The notes beneath the pieces were generated by a model, which worked only from the letters and a program-made list of their open reading frames with translations, did no database searches and was not told the origin of the DNA. Both the position numbers and the translations under genes were made by a program. A stretch of DNA of 64,000 nt from an uncultured Gemmatimonadaceae bacterium (GTDB lineage Bacteria; Gemmatimonadota; Gemmatimonadetes; Gemmatimonadales; Gemmatimonadaceae): assembly GCA_963781585.1 (NCBI GenBank), contig CAWAGQ010000006.1, forward strand, positions 320,001-384,000. Reading direction: 5' to 3'. Below are positions 1 to 12,525 of this stretch, one piece after another (the first letter of the stretch is position 1; each line of letters opens with the position of its first letter).

Positions 1-23
1 CGGGAACGCCACGGAGGACAAAT

Positions 24-1376
24 ATGCCAAGCAGTGCGACCCGCGCCGCCGTGATTGGATCGCTCGTACTGAGCGCACTACCCCTGGCGTCGACGCCGAC
101 ACGCGAGGAGGGAATCGGCGATCGGCCGCCGAGCTCCAGTGCCGAGGCCGACACGTTTCCGACGTTTGATCGCGTCCTCCTCCTCGACTCGACCTCGGAG
201 ACCTCGGCGAACGTAAGCGCCGGGGACCTGAACGGCGACGGCTTCCTTGATCTCGTTCTCGCCAAGGGCCGACACTGGCCGCTGGTGAGTCGCGTGCTCC
301 TCGGTGACGGCGCCGGCCACTTCCCCACCTCCTACGACCTGAGCCCGACGGCGGACCGGTCCTACTCGGGCCGGCTCGTGGACCTCGACGGAGACGGCGA
401 CCTGGACGTCGTCATCAGCAACGATGCCCCCGATCCGAAGCCGGTCTACCTCAACGACGGCACCGGACACTTTCAACTGGGATCGACCTACGGCCGGCCG
501 GAGTGGCCGACGCGGAATGCGACGACGGCGGATCTCGATGGCGATGGAAACCCGGACATCGTGGCGGCCAACCGCGGAGACAGCACCGGCGCAAACTACA
601 TCTGCTTCAACCGGGGCGGTGGACGGTTCGACGCCAACTGCGTTGCGTTCTCCCACGAACCCGCGACCACCATCACGGCGGCGGACTTCAATCGAGACGG
701 CTTGATCGACCTTGCTGTGCCGCACCGCGATGGCGGCCAGAGTCGCGTGTATCTGTCCGGGCCGAAAGGCACGTTTTCACCCGAACGGACCATCCCGTTC
801 GGCCCTCCCAACGCAACGATCCGCATGGCGGAAGCCGCCGATCTCAATGGTGACGGCCTGCTCGACCTGGTCGCGATCGATGACGAGCACCGCAGCACCG
901 CGATCTATTTCGCGCAGCGCAACGGAGCGTTCTCGTCAGGCACTGCGGTCGGTGGCGGAGTGGCCACCCCGTATGCGTTGGCGACGGCCGATCTGAACGG
1001 CGATGGGAAGATGGATGTGGTGGTCGGCTATGTGGAGGCGCCGTCGGGGGTCTACTACAACGAAGGCGACGGTCGGCGCTTCCACGCCGTCCAGTTCGGG
1101 GACAACAAGGGCGCGGTCTACGGTTTTGCGATCGCCGATCTGGATCGCGACGGCGTGCTGGATATCGCCGCCGCGCGATCGGACGCGCCCAACGTGGTCT
1201 ACCTCGGGAGCCGCGCGCGGGGAACGGGGGGCGGGCGTCGCCGCTCAGATGGCGCGGGTCAGCCTGGACGCGCAGGGAGTCCTGCGTCGCCTAACCCGGA
1301 CCACCCGGCGCCCCGGACTCGGCGCCCCGCTCCGCCCGATCCCCGGCCCACGCGCTCACCGCCACCGCCGCGGTGA
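24..1376 (+). CDS. FG-GAP/VCBS repeat (integrin-like beta-propeller) secreted protein
   Basis: N-terminal hydrophobic signal and GGAGG RBS upstream; seven D-(L/F)-(N/D)-(G/R)-D-G-x-x-D repeats (e.g. GDLNGDGFLDL, ADLDGDGNPDI, ADLDRDGVLDI). The Pro/Arg-rich tail overlaps the convergent symporter gene. Confidence 0.85.
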   Translation: MPSSATRAAVIGSLVLSALPLASTPTREEGIGDRPPSSSAEADTFPTFDRVLLLDSTSETSANVSAGDLNGDGFLDLVLAKGRHWPLVSRVLLGDGAGHFPTSYDLSPTADRSYSGRLVDLDGDGDLDVVISNDAPDPKPVYLNDGTGHFQLGSTYGRPEWPTRNATTADLDGDGNPDIVAANRGDSTGANYICFNRGGGRFDANCVAFSHEPATTITAADFNRDGLIDLAVPHRDGGQSRVYLSGPKGTFSPERTIPFGPPNATIRMAEAADLNGDGLLDLVAIDDEHRSTAIYFAQRNGAFSSGTAVGGGVATPYALATADLNGDGKMDVVVGYVEAPSGVYYNEGDGRRFHAVQFGDNKGAVYGFAIADLDRDGVLDIAAARSDAPNVVYLGSRARGTGGGRRRSDGAGQPGRAGSPASPNPDHPAPRTRRPAPPDPRPTRSPPPPR

Positions 1377-2535
1377 TCTGCCCCACCAGGTTCACCGTGG
1401 TCCGGAACATGTCCGGAATCCGGTCGATGCCCAGCAACACCGACAGCCCCGCCAGGGGAACGCCGATGGCGTCGAGTGCCGGGGCGAGGGTGACCACGCC
1501 CGACGACGGGACCGGCGCCACGGTCAGCGAAACGAGGAACGTCGCCAGCAGCGCGCTGCCGATGGCCGACGCCGGGAAGGGGACCGCGTAGAGGTGGGCC
1601 AGGAACACCACGGCCGCGCCCTGAAAGAACGCGCTGCCCGGCCGGTACATCGATGCGCCCAGCGGAAGCACGAGGTCCGCCACTTCCTCCGACAGTCCGA
1701 GGTTCTTCTTGGTCTCTTCGAGCGTGACCGGGAGCGCGGCGGCGGTACTGGTCGTCGAGAACGAGATGGACGCCGCGCCTAACGTGCCGCCGAAAAAGCG
1801 CGCGGGGCGGATGCCGCCGAGGCCGGACATGAGGGGAAGACAGACGACGGCCACGAAGACGGCCAGCCCCAGGATCACCGTGATGACGAAGACCGCCAGG
1901 CTCTGAATGAGGCCCCATCCAAGCTGCGCCGTGATCGGCGCGGCCAGGCCGAACACCCCGATCGGCGCGGTCCACAGGATCCACCACACGAGCTTGATCA
2001 ACGCGTCTCCGGCCGCCTCCGACAGGCCGAGCAGGCGGCTGCGCGCCGCGTCAGGCAGGGTACCGGCGGCCGCGGCGACGAGCGCTGTGAAGACGATCAG
2101 CGGCAGCAGCGACCCGGCGGACGCGGCCTCGAACGGGTTGCCGGGGATCAGGCTCACCAGAAAATCGACCACCCCCGGCAACTTCGGGGCTTCGCGCGCC
2201 GCGACGGCGGGAACCGCGATCGTGGGCGCGAAGTGCAGCCCGACCCACATCGAACCCATCCCCATGATGATCGCGAGGGCCAGCGACGCCCAGAAAAAGG
2301 CCAGCGTTGTCGCTCCGAGCCGGCCCAGTTTCCTCGGGTTTCCGAGCTTTGCGACTCCGGTGAAGACCACGGCCACCACGAGGGGAATGACGACCATCCG
2401 GATGGCGTTCATGAACACGGTCCCGAGGGGCGCCGAGGCGTGAGCCACCGTGGCGAAGAAATCATAACCCGCCGAGGCGAGCAGCCCCGTAGCCAGGCCC
2501 AGCACGAGTCCCACGGCAATCGCGAGGTGCAGCAT
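1291..2535 (-). CDS. Dicarboxylate/amino acid:cation symporter (DAACS/GltP family)
   Basis: Multiple TM helices; family motifs FSTTSTAAALP, VLPLGASM, GIDRIPDMFRTTVN. Confidence 0.9.
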   Translation of the reverse strand: MLHLAIAVGLVLGLATGLLASAGYDFFATVAHASAPLGTVFMNAIRMVVIPLVVAVVFTGVAKLGNPRKLGRLGATTLAFFWASLALAIIMGMGSMWVGLHFAPTIAVPAVAAREAPKLPGVVDFLVSLIPGNPFEAASAGSLLPLIVFTALVAAAAGTLPDAARSRLLGLSEAAGDALIKLVWWILWTAPIGVFGLAAPITAQLGWGLIQSLAVFVITVILGLAVFVAVVCLPLMSGLGGIRPARFFGGTLGAASISFSTTSTAAALPVTLEETKKNLGLSEEVADLVLPLGASMYRPGSAFFQGAAVVFLAHLYAVPFPASAIGSALLATFLVSLTVAPVPSSGVVTLAPALDAIGVPLAGLSVLLGIDRIPDMFRTTVNLVGQITAAVAVSAWAGDRAERGAESGAPGGPG

Positions 2536-2819
2536 CGGTCAGTTCGAGGGAGGATTCACCCAGCGGGCGCGGGGAGTATGTGCGGGCCAGGTCCGCAGGG
2601 CAACATCGTGGCGCGGGCGCGACGCCGCTCCTGGCGTACTGCGCGACGGCGCGTCAGAACGGAGCGTCGACCGCCTGTCGGCGCCAGCGACGGGTTCGCC
2701 TTGCGCCGTCTCCTCCCTCGGATCCATTGTTCTGCTCGCCTGCCGCGGTCCACTACGACGGCAGTCGGCCATCCCCCCCACGAACACTGCCCCCTCCTCC
2801 CGCCTAGGCCTGACTTCGA

Positions 2820-5780
<2,961 letters not shown>

Positions 5781-5980
5781 GCGACCGCTCGCTTCGTTTT
5801 CGGACCGGTGCTGGATTCTACTCGATCACCAGCACGTTGAAGGGTGCATCGACCACTGTACCGCTGGGACTCCCTGGAAGGGCTGTCCCTCCTGAAGAGC
5901 CACCGGCCTCCAGGCCATTACTTGGCGACGGACTCGACCTGGAAGACCTCGCCAGTGGCCCATCCCCACGCGACCGCGTC

Positions 5981-6009
5981 TTGCAATTGGAAGAAGTCAT
6001 CAATATTCT
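5981..6009 (+). promoter_or_regulatory. Putative sigma-70 promoter of the TA operon, with overlapping inverted repeat
   Basis: TTGCAA-17 nt-TATTCT ends 8 nt before ATG 6018; AAGAA(5991-5995)/TTCTT(6006-6010) inverted repeat overlaps the -10. Confidence 0.55.
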
Positions 6010-6017
6010 TTCAGGTG

Positions 6018-6404
6018 ATGCCAGGCACCGCCCGCCCACGCAGAGCCCAGTCCGCACCGGCCGCCGAGCCCGTCCTCGCCAAAGCGGCCCTCAACGCGGC
6101 CGCCCGGCTCGGCCTCCGCAACCGCCAGCTCGCCGAAGTCCTGGGCACGAGCGAAGCATCGGTGTCGCGACTGCAGTACGGACGTGGACTCGACCCCGCC
6201 AGCAAGGAGGGCGAGCTGGCGCTCCTCTTCCTCCGGCTGTACCGCAGTCTCGACGCGCTGGTTGGCGGCGACGACGGCAAGGCTCGCCTGTGGCTGCACG
6301 CCGCCAACGACCACTTGGCCGGGATTCCCGCCGAACGCATTCGAACCGTGGAGGGGCTGGTGGATGTCGTCCAGTATCTGGACGCGATGCGCGGGCGACT
6401 CTGA
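6018..6404 (+). CDS. Antitoxin, Xre/MbcA/ParS family (HTH plus toxin-binding domain)
   Basis: HTH LGLRNRQLAEVLGTSEASVSRL; C-terminal ARLWLHAAN...P.ERI.TVEGLVDVVQYLDAMRG; overlaps a RES gene. Start moved from 5844 to ATG 6018. Confidence 0.88.
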   Translation: MPGTARPRRAQSAPAAEPVLAKAALNAAARLGLRNRQLAEVLGTSEASVSRLQYGRGLDPASKEGELALLFLRLYRSLDALVGGDDGKARLWLHAANDHLAGIPAERIRTVEGLVDVVQYLDAMRGRL

Positions 6405-7119
6405 GCTTCGGCCGCTGCGCCTCACGGCGTGGCGCGCGGTCGCAGCACAGCACCAGGTCTCCACCCGCAAGCTGGTCGATTCCGCAGAGGAGCAGCACCT
6501 GCTCGAGGAGTTGATCGATCGCGCCAAGCCGCCGGATCTCACCCGGGGCCGGTTGCACTATCTGCTGTTCACGCCGTTCCGCTATCCACCGCTGCGCCAT
6601 GGCTCGCGATTCGGTACGCGGTTCGAGCGCGGCATCTGGTACGGCTCGACCAGCCGCCGCAGCACGTTCGCCGAGGTGGCGTACTATCGGCTGGTCTTCC
6701 TCGAGGGCACGCGCGTCGACCTGAGCGCCGTGGCCACGCCGCTCACGGTGTTCACGGTGCGCGCGCATTCAGCGCGCGGCATCGATCTCAACGGCGCGCC
6801 GTTCGACGCGCATCGGCGCGCCATCGCGTCGCCGGTGTCGTACACCGCCACCCAGGCCCTCGGCGCCGCCATGCGCGCCGCGGGCGTGGACCTCCTTCGC
6901 TATCCGTCGGCGCGCGACGATCAGGGTGGTGTGAACGTCGCCGCGTTCTCACCCAGTGTGTTCGGTACCGCGAAGCCGCGCGGCTTCGAGACGTGGCATT
7001 GCACCGCGACGCGGCAGCGCGTGGAGCTCGCGAAGCGCGACTATTTCACGCGCGACACGTACGCCTTTGGGCGCGAGATCTTCGTTGTGGACGGCGCGAT
7101 TCCGGCGCCGGCGCTGTGA
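6364..7119 (+). CDS. RES-domain toxin (NAD+ phosphorylase family)
   Basis: TPFRYPPLRHGSRFG (R), TFAEVAYYR (E), RYPSAR (S); directly downstream of the antitoxin. Start probably ATG 6364. Confidence 0.88.
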   Translation: MSSSIWTRCAGDSELRPLRLTAWRAVAAQHQVSTRKLVDSAEEQHLLEELIDRAKPPDLTRGRLHYLLFTPFRYPPLRHGSRFGTRFERGIWYGSTSRRSTFAEVAYYRLVFLEGTRVDLSAVATPLTVFTVRAHSARGIDLNGAPFDAHRRAIASPVSYTATQALGAAMRAAGVDLLRYPSARDDQGGVNVAAFSPSVFGTAKPRGFETWHCTATRQRVELAKRDYFTRDTYAFGREIFVVDGAIPAPAL

Positions 7120-7246
7120 CGGCGCGGTTGCCGTCGGCGCTGGCGGTACGACAGCGCGCTTGCTGTCGCCGCTCGAATGAGCGATATCCGCAATCGGCCA
7201 GGCTGTTGCTCGAAGCCGGATCACCCCGACCCCGACGCGCTTTCCC

Positions 7247-8410
7247 ATGAATGAAATCAACATCAACCTCGGTGGCGGCGCGTCGTATCTCGCGCCGCTG
7301 TACTCGCTGCCCGACAACAGCACTCCAACCGAGGTCGCAGCGGCGGTCTACAAATGGTTCCTGCCGACCTTGGCCCGCGACGGATACACGGGCATCACGG
7401 TGAACGTACAGATCACCAGCAGCACCGGGGTGATCACCCTGACCGCTCAAGGCGGAGGACCGCTGCCGCCGCGTGTCTCGGGATACCAGTTCGCGATGAA
7501 AGCCTTCCTGGCGATCGGCTATCAGGCGCTGACCAGTGTCGTCCCCGCGCTCCACGCCAACGGCCAATGGGACCCGCAGAAGACCGGAAAGTGGTTCTTC
7601 TTCCTGCCGCTGGGGTTGCCGATGCTGAACTTCTTCACGGTGCAGTTCTTCCATTACCCTCCGCTGCGCTTGCTCCAATTGGGGGACTATCTGGAGGATC
7701 CGGTCCCCTATCGCTGGGGACAGTTATTGCAGACGGCCGGCACGACCCCGGCCCTCACAGATCGTTTTCAGCGCTACGTGGACGCGGTACCGATCGCCGC
7801 GCCGGACGATCAGGGCGCGTACATGCCGGTGGCCGCGTTCGCCGAATATCAGCGCCAGATGGTCCAGCTCTTTCTGCAACTCAATCGCCCCCCGGCCGGC
7901 ACCAGCACCGTGCCCATCATGGTGTTCGGCATTCCGGCGATGGCGCAGTTCGAGCATTTGTTCGGGGCGAACCTGGACATCCTGGTTCCGCAGGTGGCGA
8001 ACATTGTGCCTGGCTACACCACGCCGTGCCTCGGCGCCACGCATCCATATCACTTCTACGCCCAGGCGCAGATCGATCACGGCCGGGGCGGCACGATCGG
8101 CGACGGCAGAATGGGGCGCGGCTGCCAGTTGGCGAAGATGCTGATGCAACAGGACCTGATGGCGGCCTTCTGGCAGATCGGCATGGCGCAGAATCCCGGC
8201 GCCAGCGTCGGCGACATGCAGTTCAAGGCGACGGCGTTTGCGCTGGACCCGGCGCACGTGCAAACGGTCTGCGCGCTCACGGTGCACCAGGGATCATTGT
8301 GGTATCCGGACCCCAATTCGCTCGCTTTTCAGTTCAAGATCGATGACGCCGCCGCGAGGGCGCAGTGCGCGGCGAACGGTGCCAATCCTTGTAGCGGAAT
8401 CGGGCCCTGA
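7247..8410 (+). CDS. Hypothetical protein (387 aa)
   Basis: Long ORF with protein-like composition and GC3-biased codons; motifs FFHYPP, VDAVPIAAP, IMVFG, GATHPY; family not recognised with certainty. Confidence 0.75.
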   Translation: MNEININLGGGASYLAPLYSLPDNSTPTEVAAAVYKWFLPTLARDGYTGITVNVQITSSTGVITLTAQGGGPLPPRVSGYQFAMKAFLAIGYQALTSVVPALHANGQWDPQKTGKWFFFLPLGLPMLNFFTVQFFHYPPLRLLQLGDYLEDPVPYRWGQLLQTAGTTPALTDRFQRYVDAVPIAAPDDQGAYMPVAAFAEYQRQMVQLFLQLNRPPAGTSTVPIMVFGIPAMAQFEHLFGANLDILVPQVANIVPGYTTPCLGATHPYHFYAQAQIDHGRGGTIGDGRMGRGCQLAKMLMQQDLMAAFWQIGMAQNPGASVGDMQFKATAFALDPAHVQTVCALTVHQGSLWYPDPNSLAFQFKIDDAAARAQCAANGANPCSGIGP

Positions 8411-8543
8411 TGCCTCGGAAGCCGTTCCGGCCGCGAAGGAGCTCCGCGATTCCTGAGCCGGTCGCAGCCTCCTGATACCAAGGATGCCGGGTCGGCGCGC
8501 TCGCCCCTCAAGACCGTCCGGGAAACCAACGATCACCGAATCC

Positions 8544-9056
8544 ATGCCGGGCGATGGAATGCCCGTGCGAAACGCCGCCGCCGCCGAGATCCCTCACCTG
8601 GCCGGAGTCTGGTACCAGGCCTGGTGCGACGCGCACGGGGCGATCGTGCCGGCGGAGCTCACCCGGATCCGGACCCGGGAGAGTTTCCACGAACGGCTTC
8701 AGCAACTGCTGTCGGACGTGCGTGTGGCAGGTCCGGTCGGCGCGCCGCTCGGTTTCTGCATCGTGAAGGCCGACGAGCTCTATCAGCTCTTTGTGGCCGC
8801 GGAGGCACGCGGTTCGGGGGTCGCTGCCGCGTTGCTGGCCGATGCCGAGCGGTCGATGGCCGCCAACGGAGTTACCAGGGCCTGGCTCGCCTGCGCCGTC
8901 GGCAATGCACGCGCCGCGCGGTTCTACGAGAAATGCGGATGGCACCGCGCCGGAATCCTGGTGGACGAACTGCCCACGCCGAATGGCGTTCTTCCCCTGG
9001 AAGCGTGGCGATACGAAAAGACCATAGGTGCTCCGCAGGCGTCGGTCGATGCGTGA
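8544..9056 (+). CDS. GNAT family N-acetyltransferase
   Basis: LYQLFVAAEARGSGVAAALL (motif A) and GNARAARFYEKCGW. Start uncertain (8544 or 8559). Confidence 0.88.
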   Translation: MPGDGMPVRNAAAAEIPHLAGVWYQAWCDAHGAIVPAELTRIRTRESFHERLQQLLSDVRVAGPVGAPLGFCIVKADELYQLFVAAEARGSGVAAALLADAERSMAANGVTRAWLACAVGNARAARFYEKCGWHRAGILVDELPTPNGVLPLEAWRYEKTIGAPQASVDA

Positions 9057-9262
9057 CACGTCCGATGCAGCGATCCCGTCGTTCAACAGCGCCCGGTACG
9101 TGCGTGACCTGGCCGGCCTCAGAAGGTATTCCGTGTCGCCGCGGATCGCGACGCTCGCGTGTTCCACGTTGGGCCTACCTCATAGCGGCCGTCACGGAGC
9201 TGACTGTCAGCCCCGATGCTGATTCGCTGCCCGAGATGAAACGCGAGGAGCGCGTTAGGCAC

Positions 9263-10504
9263 TCACTGCTTCTTGAACGCGTAGACCTCGGCGTAGCCGC
9301 CCAGGTAGAGCCGGTCGCCCTCGATGGCCGGCGCGCTCGACAGCCCTTCGTTGCCGTCGTGCGGACGCAAGTCGTAGCGGTTGATTCGCCACACTTCGCT
9401 GCCATCCGCGCGGCGGAGGACAAGGAACTGCCCGGCGCCATGCCCCACATAGACGAAGGACGAGTCCAAGGCGACGCTGATCGCCGAGCCGATCGTAAGC
9501 GTGTGCCAGATCCGCCGGTTAAGGGCAGATGCGGACAGGGCAGTGACGTTGGGGCCATTGGGAGGCACAAAGTCCTCGCCGACTAGCACCAGGTCCTCTG
9601 CGGCGGCCAAGGCTCGAGGGAAGCTAGCGTACACGCCTGGCGGGGCGATGGTCCCGACTTGCAGGAACGTGGCGGCCGGTACGGTATCGCGTACTTCACC
9701 GGTCGCGCGATCCAAGCCGTAGAGGCGGCCATTCCCAGGAGCCAAGACCACACGGTCGGCCGTCAAGGCCAGGTTGTAGACGTCGGTGAAGTCCTGCACC
9801 TCGCGCTTGGGCAGGTAGACCGACCACAGGACACGGCCAGTCGCCGCGTCGAGGGCCGCCGCGCCACCTCGCAGGCCGCGCGTCACTGGCGGATCATCGA
9901 GAAAGAAATCCGTGTACGCGGCATACACCACGCCCTGAGCCACTGCAGGCGTGAAGACATTCGTGTTGGTATCGGCGACGAGGTGCGCCGTCCAGCGCTC
10001 GGCACCTGAAGCCCCGTCCACGGCAAACACATGGCCCGTGGCCGATCCGGTGTAGATGGTCGTCCCATCGGTGGTGAGCGTGCCGAAGCCGGGCCACGCC
10101 CCCACCGAGGGGTGATACGTCCAGCGCACCTGGCCAGTGGCCGGATCGAGGCCGAAGAGGTCGATGTCGCCCACCACCAGCGTGCCGCCGGCCAGTGCCA
10201 GCCCGAAGCCGCTTCGCCCAGGAGTCGACACGGGCAGCGAGATCTGCCAGCGGAGCGTGCCATCGGCCTTGTTCAACGCCGAGACCTGATGCGTGAGGCT
10301 CAGGGTGTAGACCGCCTCCGCGTCCAGAACAGGGGCGCGCTCGATGTCGTGGACCTGCGCGTTCCGCCAGAGGAGCAAGCTCGCCGGGTCGATCCCACCG
10401 GGGTGATTCTGTCCACCGTGTGAGCCCAGGACCGCTCGCTCGAGCTGGCAGCTCGCGACTGCGAAGAGGAGGAAAAGAACGAGTACTGGCATCACCGGGC
10501 GCAT
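9263..10504 (-). CDS. PQQ-like (BamB-type) beta-propeller lipoprotein
   Basis: Signal ending FAVASC (lipobox-like); repeated A(L/V)DxxTGxxxW motifs. Start moved to ATG 10504. Confidence 0.82.
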   Translation of the reverse strand: MRPVMPVLVLFLLFAVASCQLERAVLGSHGGQNHPGGIDPASLLLWRNAQVHDIERAPVLDAEAVYTLSLTHQVSALNKADGTLRWQISLPVSTPGRSGFGLALAGGTLVVGDIDLFGLDPATGQVRWTYHPSVGAWPGFGTLTTDGTTIYTGSATGHVFAVDGASGAERWTAHLVADTNTNVFTPAVAQGVVYAAYTDFFLDDPPVTRGLRGGAAALDAATGRVLWSVYLPKREVQDFTDVYNLALTADRVVLAPGNGRLYGLDRATGEVRDTVPAATFLQVGTIAPPGVYASFPRALAAAEDLVLVGEDFVPPNGPNVTALSASALNRRIWHTLTIGSAISVALDSSFVYVGHGAGQFLVLRRADGSEVWRINRYDLRPHDGNEGLSSAPAIEGDRLYLGGYAEVYAFKKQ

Positions 10505-10578
10505 CTTCGCGCGCCCGGACGTGCCGCGAGTTCCTCCTCGCCATGGCGAATCCGCGTTCATCCGAGTCGGAATGCCGA

Positions 10579-11274
10579 TTAGCGTCCAGTCATCTCGTTG
10601 AGGGCCGATACAATGGTAGTAGCGCCCGTACCCGCGCGAATTGTCTCGGAGTGCGCTAGCCCAGGGAGCTGAAAAGGAAGAGGTGCGTTTGGCAGAAACT
10701 CGGTCGCCGTGGGCAGCAGTCCATCGTTTGGGATCGCTCCAATCAGCCCGTAATTCACAAACCATGGCAAGCCCGTGACCAGTTCGCCGAGGTCTTCCAG
10801 AGCCCACGCCCCATTCATGTGCTCCCAATAGTTCACATCTTCCTCCGGATCGTCGAGAAGCTCGATCCCCAGTCCACCGAGCAGCACGAAGTAGCCGAGT
10901 GCATTTACGTACTCTGCCTCCGCGTCCGCCTCGCCTTGGGGCATGGTGAGCCGCCATGGCGCCGCAGCGTAGTCAAGCACGTCGGCCGCGATCGCGCGCC
11001 GAACCGACGTCTGCTCCAGCCCCGGGTTAGTGACCAGCGTGTTGATGTAGGGCGACCCCGGCGCCAGGTCCGAGACACTCGGATGGGTGGCGTAGAAGAC
11101 GTTGCCGTAAATCTCGACACCCACCGCGGCCAAGCCCCCGATCGAGAGGGCCTCCTCGCCAAAGCCTGCCACCGCGGCATACAACGGATTGTCGTACGTG
11201 ACGTCCAGAAATGCAGACCCGGCAGTCAGGGCATCGTCCGCGATAAACAGGAGTTCGAAATGGAAGTTCAGGGG
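10579..11274 (-). pseudogene. 5'-truncated alpha/beta-hydrolase (lipase-like) fragment
   Basis: Frame is open from 11274 behind an in-frame TGA, with no ATG near its 5' end. It contains SVSDLAPGSPYINTL, NDGLLP (acid) and GLAHSE (His) but no GxSxG half. Confidence 0.5.
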
Positions 11275-11307
11275 TCACAGATTGTCGCCTGATGCCTGGC
11301 GTGCCCT

Positions 11308-12525
11308 TCAGAAGAACAGGCTCAGCGCCGCGTAGCCGGTGGCCGGCAGACTTCCGTATTCCGAACGCGGCGCGATGACCAGGCGGCTCGACCGCCCGGC
11401 GCCCAGAAACGCACCAACGCGCAGCGCGACGTTCGCGCTGAGCGAGGCGGCAATCGCTGGTGAAAGCAAGGTGCTGCCATCGCGCAGATTCACCAACGAG
11501 AGCAGCTCGGTCGACACCAGCGGATGCACCTGATACGACAGCTGCGTCGCCGCCTCGTCTCTTCCATATACCTGCAGCTCCTGGTGCACGGCCGCCGGAG
11601 ACAACGCGACGCTGACCAGTCGCGACGCGCGTCCGGCGCCGAACGCGTCGTGCTGATATTCGATCACTCCGTACAGGTCGCGTCCCCAGAGCGTCACCCG
11701 TCGATCGATGCCGATGGCGGCGCGCAGCACGGCGTTGTGCGACGTGTCCTGTCGCACCGCGGCTTCCATGCGCAACGCCGACCCGACGATCGTGCGCGTC
11801 ACCCCGATCGCGCCCGCCGCTTCGTCGTTCATGGTGCCGCCCCACGCCGACAGCTCCCAGCCTCGCACCGAGGTCTTCCCTCGGGCGAGCGCTGTGAGGG
11901 TGTGCTCGCTGCCATAGGACGCACCACGAACGACCACGTCCACCACTGAGAATGGGCCCGCAAACCACTGCACCCGCACCGCATCCACACCGGTGCGATA
12001 CTCCCGGAAGGGATCGGCGGGATCGAACGGCCGGAAGGGATCAGCGGGCGTGAGAAACAGCGTGGTCGCCCAGGAAATGACCTGACGCCCGACCGTCGCC
12101 GTGACTGGGCCCGACGCGAAGCTCAGCGCCGCCCGATCGACGCGCTGGCGCCACGACACGCGTGCACTTTCGTGCAGGGTCCCGTCGAGCCGCATCCAGT
12201 CGCCGTCATGGCCGCTCGTCGCGTCGGAAAGGCCCGGGAAGAGTCCGGCGGCGAGGCCCTCCCTGCTGCTCTGCCAGGTGAATCGCTGCTCGTACGCGAG
12301 GGACATGCCTAACGGGCCACGCTTCAGGTCGAGCATGACGCGCGCCCGCTGGGCGTCGCTCACGCCCCCCGAGACGGGCGCGCGGCGCTCCACACCGAAG
12401 AGCACATTCTGATAGTAGCCGGTGACGGGACGTGTCTGAGCGGCCGCATTCGTCGGCAGCCACGCCAGCGCGGCGAGCAGCGCCGGCGCGAGAGCCCGCG
12501 CGCGACGCGGGGGCTTCGGGCGCAT
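11308..12525 (-). CDS. Outer-membrane beta-barrel protein associated with ABC exporter
   Basis: Signal peptide (AAAQ), alternating beta-strands, TVGRQVISWA, EYRTGVDAVR, C-terminal YAALSLFF; last gene of the operon. Confidence 0.75.
   Translation of the reverse strand: MRPKPPRRARALAPALLAALAWLPTNAAAQTRPVTGYYQNVLFGVERRAPVSGGVSDAQRARVMLDLKRGPLGMSLAYEQRFTWQSSREGLAAGLFPGLSDATSGHDGDWMRLDGTLHESARVSWRQRVDRAALSFASGPVTATVGRQVISWATTLFLTPADPFRPFDPADPFREYRTGVDAVRVQWFAGPFSVVDVVVRGASYGSEHTLTALARGKTSVRGWELSAWGGTMNDEAAGAIGVTRTIVGSALRMEAAVRQDTSHNAVLRAAIGIDRRVTLWGRDLYGVIEYQHDAFGAGRASRLVSVALSPAAVHQELQVYGRDEAATQLSYQVHPLVSTELLSLVNLRDGSTLLSPAIAASLSANVALRVGAFLGAGRSSRLVIAPRSEYGSLPATGYAALSLFF

Noticed and set aside
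5818..6017. Upstream extension of the antitoxin ORF and a small minus-strand ORF
   Set aside because: The region holds the probable promoter, and the peptides have no recognisable features.
9057..9262. Short minus-strand peptide VEHASVAIRGDTEYLLRPARSRTYRALLNDG as a gene remnant
   Set aside because: Too short and not assignable to a family.
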